Assembly: GCF_964204645.1 (NCBI RefSeq) | Contig: NC_134025.1 | Location: 5,270,001 to 5,334,000, forward strand | Direction of reading: 5' to 3' | DNA from: Tubulanus polymorphus | Taxonomy: Eukaryota > Animalia > Nemertea | DNA: 64,000 nucleotides | Shown: piece by piece, positions 54,084-64,000 of the stretch | Numbering within the stretch: position 1 is the first letter of the stretch | Layout of the letters: each line of letters begins with the position of its first letter | The notes under the pieces: generated by a model | What the model was told of the DNA's origin: nothing | The model's input: the letters and a program-made list of their open reading frames with translations, nothing else | Databases searched by the model: none | Program-made: the position numbers and the translations under genes

Positions 54084-55604
54084 ATGGCTCGAAACAGTCA
54101 CAATTCGCCTTTTCCGTCTGGATTTAATCTTGCAGAAGAAAACGAATATTTGCTACAAACTTTAGGGTTGTTGCGTCGGACGAAATTGACAATGGCTGCA
54201 TCGGATAACAGGTACATACAAGCGCCACAGAGATTATCTACGCCTAGGAGAGGACTCGGCGGATGCCGAAAGCCTCAGTCTTTTGCTGGCCAATACAAAG
54301 TGGCGAATTCGCGCGCACCAAAAAAGAATTCAATCGGAAAAAGTGCGACAAAGCTCTACAACGATCGTACTGTCAATCTTCCTTTGTGTCGTCTGAAAAT
54401 GAGAACATTCATTGGCGATAAAAATGACGAAAGAACAGTTGAAGAAACCCGTCAGGCGATTAAAGATATGATTACAGACAGGAAAAAAACTATAAAATTC
54501 GTTCATACAGAACCGCTAGACAAAATCGAGTCAAATGCCATTGGTGACTCCGTTGACAAAGTTAACACAGCAGAGAACAACACTAATGGTCTAGCGGTTG
54601 GAACAAATAATGGAATATCATTTGATTTGAAATCGATTAAAGACAACGCGAATATGTCAACTGCGTTATCTAAAACTTCTGACGTATATAATCAAACGAC
54701 ATCAAACACTGTAGATAGCTGCGACAGTACAGTCAGGGCAGTAATAGGGCAACATGGCATAAATCATTCGAGTAATGCGCAACAAGTGAACAAGAAATTT
54801 CAACCGAAACAGGTACAAGACGTAGACATACTGAAAAATGATTTAATGGGACGACGAATGAGCATTTTTCCAAAATTACATTCTAATAGCTCTAGACAAC
54901 AGACGAACGATACGACAGCTTTGAGGGAAGTACTAGAAGAAATGCACGCACGCAGGTCTCGGCGCAGTTACAACGCACCAAGTAGGATTCAGCAACCATC
55001 TGCTTCGCTATATTCGAAAACCAGGCCTCAGTGGCCCAGTATTGACGATGTGCTGGATTTAAGACGGGGAAATAAAAACAATTCTGCGATATGTCCAAAA
55101 TCTGATGTACGATGTAAAGACGTCGCAAATGGTGATTTGTGTGAATCGGTGTCCAAAACAGTAAAATTGCGATATACTCAAAATAATCGGACTTCTTTCG
55201 ACCAAATTATCGTCCCCTCACATACTAACGTAGAATGTCCGATTTGTAAAATTTATTTTCAAGCGTCGAAGACCGATGGTGAAAAATGTCCCCCGAACAC
55301 AAGAACTTGTTCGCCAGTGCCGATTGCTGAAGTACCACTAAATTCAAAATCTTTCGACGAGGATAGAGTTCAAACGGAAGCCGCGGTTGGCGGGGAAAGG
55401 GCGCATACATCGTTTGACTATATTCCACCACGAAACGATGAAGAAATAAGTCAACGCCAAGCAAAAAGTGCGACTCCATCTTTTGGTAAAGATAGATCAG
55501 CTTTCAAAACAATCGAAGTTCCTCTTGTTTCTGTGCATAATGCCAAGTTTATCAAGTCGAATCCTCCAACTTATTCCATAGGATATATGACTCCGAGAAA
55601 ATAG
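54084..55604 (+). CDS. Uncharacterised intronless 506-aa protein, mostly low-complexity/disordered
   Basis: 1.5-kb uninterrupted ORF in AT-rich DNA with an aaaATGG start context. No family recognised. Confidence 0.7.
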   Translation: MARNSHNSPFPSGFNLAEENEYLLQTLGLLRRTKLTMAASDNRYIQAPQRLSTPRRGLGGCRKPQSFAGQYKVANSRAPKKNSIGKSATKLYNDRTVNLPLCRLKMRTFIGDKNDERTVEETRQAIKDMITDRKKTIKFVHTEPLDKIESNAIGDSVDKVNTAENNTNGLAVGTNNGISFDLKSIKDNANMSTALSKTSDVYNQTTSNTVDSCDSTVRAVIGQHGINHSSNAQQVNKKFQPKQVQDVDILKNDLMGRRMSIFPKLHSNSSRQQTNDTTALREVLEEMHARRSRRSYNAPSRIQQPSASLYSKTRPQWPSIDDVLDLRRGNKNNSAICPKSDVRCKDVANGDLCESVSKTVKLRYTQNNRTSFDQIIVPSHTNVECPICKIYFQASKTDGEKCPPNTRTCSPVPIAEVPLNSKSFDEDRVQTEAAVGGERAHTSFDYIPPRNDEEISQRQAKSATPSFGKDRSAFKTIEVPLVSVHNAKFIKSNPPTYSIGYMTPRK

Positions 55605-56466
55605 TCTCGTGCAATATACGGATTATGCTTTTTAAGCGATAGATTCGGCGGTTGAACCTAGAGATGCTCTTGCATAAATAATTGAAAATGTGTTCCCAGT
55701 TTTGATCGTGAAGATTCATATTGGTTGATATAATCCGAAAAAAAATAATAAATTCTATAAATTCATTTTTCACTGTTATCTTTCTTGAATTTCAATGGAT
55801 TTTTTTTCGTTCGCCCATAATCGAAATGACCCTGATTTGGTTTTGTTGGCTTGACTGGCTCGTGGTTAGTGCCGTGCAGTTATTGTCCAATACGGTTAGC
55901 CTTAAACCTACGGTATAAAGTTTTGTTGAAAACAAAAAATAAATCTACGTGACTACAATGCTTAAATCCTAATCTTGATTAATATCAATTTTCTAAGTGA
56001 AATGGCTGAATTTGCCTTTTGAAACTCTGAAATTGCGTGTCGGGCCCGGCGCCGGCGGACTGCGGAGACCTCATAGGACTGCTCCAACACTATAGCGGAC
56101 GGCTCCTAACAAGTGACCGAAAATTAGTGTGTACCCTCACCAAGGAAGCAGGAAGTAAACAACGATCTGACAGTTCTTCCGAAGGACATTTTTGTTTTGC
56201 GATTAAAACCACTTTCTTGTCGCTGTCCGATAAACCATGCAGCTTTGCTAAGTCTTGAAACAAAGGTATCTTCATTAACCATGAGTTAGACCCCCAGAAA
56301 AGATTCATAATAATACTACAATAGAGATTGTGAGTAAACATTTTGAAGTAACTTTAAAATGAAAAAGAAACTGACTGACTCAGACTGCCGATCCATTTTC
56401 GGTAAAGCTTTAAGTAAATAAACTTCCTCTTGTAGAATTTAAAGGTATAGCCTAATCAAAATAAAG

Positions 56467-59400
56467 ATGGAATTAGAGACTGTTGGTTATCCGCAGCATG
56501 ATCAGGCGACTGTTGAAAAACAAATAAGCGACGATGAAATCCAGAAAGAATTAGAATGGCTTCTTCAGCAAGATGATGAAAACATTGTCAAACAACAAAC
56601 GGTAGGTGAAAAGTAATTGAAAATAAACTTCATGTGAAATCGATAATTAAATCTTGATTTTGATTAATTTAAGTGCTTTATTAGTGAATGTATTATGGTG
56701 GTCCTCTACATTACAGCATGAATCAGCAGTTGTCAGTAGCGAGGTTATCGATACTCATCCAAGTGGTCATGTCATCAGCAATCACGAGGAACAGGCTGAA
56801 AAAGGCCAGAAAGAAGCAGAAGAGTCAAAGTTCAATCATGACAGTGATTCAGATATCAATCACGACGATGATGAATACATGTTGACCGATGATCAACGTC
56901 AGGCTATGATTGAATTGGACAAAATGAAACAAGAAATGGATTACCCCTGTAAGCAACTGTTTATAAAAGTAGTTGACACGCCAGTTTAAGACTAAGCAGG
57001 TGTCTTATGCATAATACTTTTTATTGGATATATTTGTTGTATCGATACTTAACTTGTATTCTGAATAGTATTCTACAGCATACCTTCACCGCGGATACCA
57101 AAATCAAACAATCTGTCATTTGAATTGAATTTTTTATTCAACCTGTATGATTACTGATTTGGTTAGCCTAGTCAGAATGGAACTGGAGAAGGATTGCCTA
57201 TGTTTTTTAGGTTTTTGGCAGAAAACGGCATGCAGTTGTTTCTTAAATCGCCACAACCAGATTGTAAATATCATTCATAACTATGTAGCGGTAGTTGATT
57301 TGAAATTTTGTTTTGTATTTAATAGATGATGACCCTCCTCCAGAGTATGATGTACGCGAGAGACTCATCCAACTGAATGCTGAACTGGCAAATGCTCCAG
57401 CTCCACCGGAGGATCGAGAATTCAAAGTTGTGTTTAAGGATGATTTAGTTGATTTAGTCGTTCCTCCCCCGGAATATAGCGACGTTGAGGATGAAGGGGG
57501 AAGTGGGGATAAAACTGACAATGATTCACCGGACTCTCACTCCGATAATAACATCAAATCTAATGAAGCTGAAAAACCTGAGGATATTCAAGTTCAGAAT
57601 TTAAGTATTAATGACAATGAAAATAAAACCGATGATTCGAAGTCGGATGACACCCCGACTAAACCTGACGAGAACAAAAAAGTCTTAATTGAAAAAGCTG
57701 GAAAATTCGAACTTGTCAGAGCTGATCAAGTCGAAGCGAATGGTGACGGGTTTGGATTAAGTCCAGAGCTTGAACTTCAAAAGGGGGAAAATCAAGAAGA
57801 CGCCAGTCATTCTTCAATGGTTCCCGAACCGCCTTCAAATCCACGTCCAGCAACAGCGACTGGTTATTCTCGTCGTACAGTTACTCGGACGCCAGTCCGC
57901 GCTCAGTCGGCGAATGCCAGCTCGAGGTCGGAACGAGAATCTTATGCCGAGAATTATCGATCTCCGTACGGTTTGAGCCAACAACAGAAAGATCTGAAAA
58001 AACAGAAGGAGAAGCTTCTCATCGAACGCAAGAAGAAAGAACAAGAACAGAAAATGGAAGAAGAACGTGAGAAACGCGAAGAAAATGAAGCGGCTTTTCA
58101 AGCCTGGTTAGATAATAAGCGCAAAGAAGCAGATATTTCAAAGAAACAAGATGAACATGAGCAAAATGACGAACCGGAAAAGGTGAGTTTTACTGCTGTA
58201 CTTGTACCAAGAAGAATAACTACTAACCGTTTTGACTTCATTTGACACTATGCATGTTTTGTGTATAGGATTTACAATAACAAAATAATTCACTACTTTA
58301 CTTATTTTTGGTGAGTCCTGTTTCGTAGATTTGGAACCTTTTTCATTTGAATTCATTAAGGATTCCTTGTGTTCCATGTCAGTAGGAATATCTGGTGTAA
58401 TCGTGATTCATTGTTTGAAGTAAATTAGAGAAATGATATTTTTAATTCAAGTCCGCATCTGATGGTGATAGCTTTGAAGATGATCATTTCCATGTAAGAT
58501 AAACAAATTGATATTCCAATTGTTCATTAATTGATTGAGAACTTAATGTAGTTTTCCTCTTAATCAGTCTAGATTCAATCCTGTTATCAGTCATGGATTT
58601 ATTAATTAGGGGTTTCAAATATCGAATTTAATTCAGAACTAATATAAATGTAAGTTATATCCACGACTGTATGACGATTTAATCTCTTACATTCTTGCAT
58701 GAATAGATTTGCAAATTCTTATAAGAACTAAGCATTTAGATTAGAAGTGACTGCTTTATGTGTATTACCAGTGAGACTATGCATGAATTTAACATTCTAT
58801 AGCTATTCTTAATTATTGATCTATGGCAAATAATTCAATTATGAAGATCCTGCTGGGAGGATCATGTAATGCGGTAAAATATGTGTCTATGCACGTTGTC
58901 TTCTGACCCCACTTTTGTATATTTCTAAAAACACTCTAATTGTATGTACACTGTGCACATAATTCTGTATCAAATTGCACCTTTTCTAATGAATTTAGAA
59001 AATCCTTGTATTGTGTTGTGATTTAGTACTAAATGCCTAATACAAAATAATTGCTATAATTGTCGAGCACTGATAGATGTGACACATTTTGTCAATTTTC
59101 AGAAAGAAGAAGATGCCCGGCTAGCGTATGATGAATGGCTGAAAGAGAAAAAACGAAAGCAGAAACAGGAACATGAACTAGAACGTCAACGCCAAAGAGA
59201 AATACAGTCGATGTATTTCATCAGAGAACGACAGGAGTGTGACAAAGCTTTCAAACAGTAAGCATTGTTTCATTGAAATTCTATTAATCTTGGTATTAAT
59301 TCCTTGCTCTTATCGTTTTAGAATTCTTTGCTGATATTCAAAATGAATGTGCCGTAACAATTGTTTGTCTGCTTTATTGAATTTAGGTGGCTCAAAAAGA

Positions 59401-59558
59401 AAAATTCCGACAAGCAGAAAGAAATCCAGTCATCGCGACAAAAAGCTCGAATACATTCTTTAGCATCGCGTCGATCGCGCAAGTCACAGGCCCTCGCTAG
59501 AGCTATTAAACAGGCTCAAGCTTTTAGATATGTAGACTATTATGGATATAAGTTTTAG
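56467..59558 (+). CDS. CCDC181: Coiled-coil domain-containing protein 181 (ciliary/flagellar)
   Basis: 'EIQKELEWLLQ'; 'KVVFKDDLVDLVVPP'; 'KVLIEKAGKFELV'; 'RPATA'; 'REENEAAFQAWL'; 'AYDEWLKEK'; 'DKAFKQWLKKK'; ends YYGYKF*. Confidence 0.85.
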
Positions 59559-59910
59559 ATGTCAAAACTCTTAGATGAACTGTGGAACTGGAACTTAAAT
59601 GTGGTTGATGACAGGCCATCATGCACTGTAAAACATTCCACTTCAAAGTGTGTAATCTAGATAGGGAAGTTCAGCATGACTGCTGATTTGGAATGATGAG
59701 ATATCACTGATTAATGTAGCACAATTTTCAGTGATTTGTAGTGAGCTTCATTCTACAACGTTTCAGCATCCAGCCTTTAGAAACCAATCTGCTGCATCCA
59801 TCCCTATGATTTATATTAATTTTTTTCATTTGATACCACACAGAAACTAGAAATGTTTTTATTACCGTAAATCATGTCCGTCCACAACCTTTCCTGTAGA
59901 ATATCAATAT

Positions 59911-60070
<160 letters not shown>

Positions 60071-61146
60071 ATTATGTAAATATATCTATCGTAGTTTGTT
60101 TAAAAGATAATACGTCATAAAATCTTGCGGGCATAAACGTATGATGTACTACCTCCGAGTAAGTAGCTCACTTAGCGTGTGAAGTATTGAATTATGATCT
60201 ATGGTCACAAAAGTTATAAACCGTTGAAACTATTAATAATTCGGCTTTGTTAGCTTGTCTCTTTATGCTGTAACTAGTCCTAATATGCAAGCTTCAATTG
60301 GTACATATTTCGTAGAAGCCGAGGCGATCAGCGGCAGATTCTAAAAAGAATTCATATAAATAGAGGGCGAAATATAATAAAGTGTTACCGTTATGGAAAG
60401 AATTGTTGTGCAGCTGTTTTTATTCTTCGTAAATACAGTTGAAAAGTTTCTTATTTATAAACAAATCTTTTGTTGTTGTTCATTATTTACAAACCAGGGG
60501 ATTTCTGTGGAGACCCTGACTTCTATGTTGAATTAAACCGCTGCAGAAACTGGAGATCGTAATTTCCCTAAGGAATGCTATTCGGTTGAATGGTCACTCT
60601 CCGTGCGTGCAGGGCAACATTATTGCATGACGATCAAGAGTTTCGCGATCTAGACGAGGAACACTTGATGAAGGCCATCCCCTTTTTTCGCAGGATCTGT
60701 GGCTCTATCGTCAAGCGAACCCAGTTTTCAGTTTCCATCCCTCCCATATACGATTATATAATCGTGAAATTTTGAAGCGGGTAAGATTCAATGTAGATAT
60801 TGTGAAGGGAATTGCAAAACCATAAACACAGCTGAGGTCTAGAATAAGAAAAGGTAAGAATTGGGTGTCACTAAAACGAAGACCTATGCACTCTTTAGAA
60901 ATCATCACTAGGGACGCTATCTGTGTTTTCAACCACCTCTGCCAATGAGTGTCTTACAGGCAATACCAGATCTAAAGAAACTCATATGAAACGTAAATTG
61001 GTCGGTTTTCTCGGTGCATATAAGATAACAGACACTGGATAAACAGATTATCGTTTTTACACTACATACAACTCTGATACAAACCCCTGTAGAATAAAAT
61101 ACCATTGTAATCCCTGGGTGAAAGTGATTGGTCAAAACAATGCCCA

Positions 61147-61394
61147 GGGCCCAGTTTCATAAAAAGGTTTAACCCTCGAAAAAGTCTATGGCCGAACCAA
61201 GGACTCAATAGTCCATGGTCCCCGCACTAAAACCAGAGATAAACCTGGCCAAATACTCTGGAAAGCGTAGGATTAAGTAATCAATCTGATTTAATACATC
61301 ATTTTATTTTCACATATCAAATTATTAACTTTTAGCTTAATTTCTAAGATTTTACTAGTAATTTTATTTCTATTGATATTTATGAAACTGTACT
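61147..61394. mobile_element. MITE-like element
   Basis: 12-bp perfect inverted repeat CAGTTTCATAAA (61152-61163) / TTTATGAAACTG (61379-61390), preceded by GGGCC. Confidence 0.5.
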
Positions 61395-62394
61395 AACTTT
61401 AAAACCACAAAAGTTACATGTAAGGTATTTTGAAGTTTTTATATACGATGCATTTCCACTACTGCTGATTTATACAATTTACATCAATAGGAAAATAACA
61501 AAAATACACAAAGTTATGGAAATATTGATCCATAAAACACCGAAAATTGATGCAGGGTTCATTGAGTGACCAATATTGTAGGCCTAGTATTTTGGCATTA
61601 ATGCAAACAGGGCACTTTTCCAAAAATTATCAGGAGGGGGACTGCCCGATGCAGGCCCCGATCTGTCGAATTAAGTCTTAAATTTATACATTGTATCATC
61701 CTATACTCGTGCGTACCGGTAACCTTAAAATGCAGTTAATGCCTCATCGCAGTTTCCTGCGAAAGAAATAAGTCATGTTGGCAAATTGGTGTGTACATTG
61801 TTGTTTTTATCACGAAACAACCCTAAAATAAGTGCATATTCATGTTCTCACAGTAAATTTCGGATAACCGACTATGATCAACAACACTCTATTTTGTTTT
61901 ATCATATGGTTAGAAAAAAGCCTTGAATCAATATCATGATATACGTAATTGATTTACTGATTTACTTTATAAGAGGTTTTATTTTGTACCTCTAAAATGT
62001 TGCATGGTCGTGCGCACCTTAGTTATCTAAATAATTCGCCCCCGAAATTAGCTTCGAGACTCCAATCATTTGACAAACCGACCATGAATGATTACCCCAG
62101 GCCTAATACAATCAAAAGCCTCAGCAAGTCGCAGTGGCCACGAGCCGAGATCCAATAGGTGGAATCTGTATCCAATCTATTTTACTATTTTTCAAACCCG
62201 CACATCTTGCTGCACGCCAGGCGATTCTGTCATACGATCTTGTTTTTTCTTAGGATATTTTGCAACCAACATATTACTGATTAAATTCTATTATCAATAT
62301 CTAGAGGACACAGAAAATGAAAAGAAATAGTTTTTTAGAAATACTCTCATCAAATCCTGGCCAATATGTTAGGGCTCTGTGCCGTGGCGATAGA

Positions 62395-62440
62395 TGGGAT
62401 TCGAACCTGAACTGTTAATCACGGACGGAGCTAGTCCCCC
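62395..62440 (-). mobile_element. Degenerate tRNA-derived (SINE-head-like) sequence
   Basis: Minus strand 'ggggactagctccgt...caggttcgaatccc': an A-box-like TAGCTC and a perfect B-box GGTTCGAATCCC, but too short for a cloverleaf. Confidence 0.3.
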
Positions 62441-62944
62441 GAAAAGCCAGACTGACATTTTGTTACATTACGTGTGGAGCCATAAACAATTTTGTTTTAT
62501 TTTCCTTGGACCCGAAGAAATACGTTCCTAACGTCTTCAAATACCAAAAGGATCACAGGTTTGAACACACGATAATAGCCTGATATTCCTCCATTTTATT
62601 GTTAGGTTAGAAATAGGGTCTTATTGAACATAGTCCAGGGCTTGTCACAACAACAATAGCTAGCTGGGGTCTAAAATCAAAAAATATTCCATCCATAATC
62701 CATTTCGATGGAAGAAGAAGAAGTTGAAGACGAAGAATAAGATACTAGACACTATAACAAGGGGGTGGACGTAGTACCACATAAAATTCATTACCTGGAA
62801 GAATGATACCTGGAAGAATGTATGAAATATTTGATTTTGGCCCAAGCTATTGCGGCATTAATGTCCCTGAGAAAAGAAATGATGAATTCAATTTATTGCA
62901 AATACTGGTTAAAAGGTGACGTACCGGTATCTTCCTTTTTAGAA

Positions 62945-64000
62945 ATGAATAATGAAAAGCGAAGGAGAGCAAGAGTTCAAGGAGGGTGGTGTCCTCCCAC
63001 AAATGTGCGGTCCGATAAGGATAAACCAAAATCTCAGCCATGCCCAGCATGGACAAATAAGACAGTTGATAATCCACAGAGCAAAAATTTCACATTCGAA
63101 GAACCTGAAGAGGTAATTTGCAATTTGATTGACATATTCTTTATCATTTTTTGTTTTGACAAAAATGATTTGATCTATTCATATTCTGTAGGTAAGAATG
63201 AAGCCACCAGAAAAAGTTTTGAGGTAAATCTTAAAATAGCTGAAGATAATCATAATGCCACTCACTGCAACCGTACTATTTCAGTTGAAAGTATTTCTAT
63301 TGTATTAACTATTCTAGTAAAAGTGGAGTTTATGATCTCAGTGAAACTTCAAATGGGTTATCAAGGTATGATTTGGAAAATGGTGCTTTTCAGAAATACC
63401 GGTTTAAAATAAAAAATCGCTTAAATGTTTGCAATATTATTGAGTATTTTTAGGATTCGTTTATTCACCGATTTTTTTAAATCCGACCAAGCCGATTGGA
63501 TGTTTGAACAGCTCCTCGATGAGCTTCCATGGAAACAACGAAGTCATCGGTTTCAAAGTGAAAAATACTTAGAGCCTCGGTTGACTGCATGGTATGGAGA
63601 ACTTCCATATACATACTCGGGCACAACTCTACAACCAAATCCTGAGGTAAGTCATCTCTAAAACTCATGTACCGGGTTCTGTTATTCAAATACAGAAGGC
63701 TATAAACTGCTTAATTCAGATGATTTGGGACAGATGAAATTGATCGGGTTTATTAGAAATCATATTTCAAATGAAGCGACTAAACGGATTAATTAATTTT
63801 CATATTTTCAGTGGTCACCTGCGCTACAAGTTATCAAACAACAATTAGAAGAGAGAACTGGTTATACTTTTAATTCCATGCTTGCAAATTTATACCGAGA
63901 TGGACATGATAGTATAGATTGGCATTCGGATGATGAAAAATCATTAGGACCAGCACCGGTCATCGCTTCATTGTCATTCGGTGATTCTAGGAATTTTGAG
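62945..64000 (+). CDS. ALKBH3: Alpha-ketoglutarate-dependent dioxygenase AlkB homolog 3, 5' part (truncated by the window)
   Basis: 'EKRRRARVQGGW'; 'QADWMFEQLLDELPWKQR'; 'EPRLTAWYGELPYTYS'; 'FNSMLANLYRDGHDSIDWHSDDE.SLG..PVIASLSFG'. Confidence 0.95.

Noticed and set aside
62822-63412. 196-aa ORF as one coding exon
   Set aside because: It reads through ALKBH3 introns; the real start is ATG 62945, with GT-AG introns after EEPEE.

Overview
AT-rich, gene-dense animal genomic DNA with many short GT-AG introns, probably a marine lophotrochozoan invertebrate (inferred from gene content; the species cannot be determined). About 18 protein-coding genes can be reconstructed by hand. In order: a single-Ig type I membrane receptor (-), a dilp7/relaxin-type insulin-like peptide (+), an eclosion-hormone-like peptide with a long polybasic tail (+), NSUN4 (+), two tandem arylsulfatase B-like genes plus a 3' relic (+), an Aa_trans amino-acid transporter (-), an intronless divergent class A GPCR (+), a long vinculin/alpha-catenin-family gene (-), lebercilin/LCA5 (-) head-to-head with an SH3BGR gene carrying a large acidic-Phe repeat tail (+), UPRT (-) head-to-head with ABCB7 (+), a MOLO-1/TPM-domain protein (+), a tiny secreted two-LDLa protein (+), an orphan 506-aa intronless ORF (+), CCDC181 (+) and the 5' part of ALKBH3 (+). 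There are also several MITE/SINE remnants and an (AT)n array. Most interesting: the SH3BGR tail with 15 FAM21-like 'LADSDDD(L/F)F' motifs; the adjacent dilp7 and EH-like neuropeptide genes; mosaic gene conversion between the sulfatases; and the LCA5-SH3BGR / UPRT-ABCB7 block, which mirrors human gene pairs. Family assignments come from motif recognition, not database searches, and exon boundaries were read by eye.
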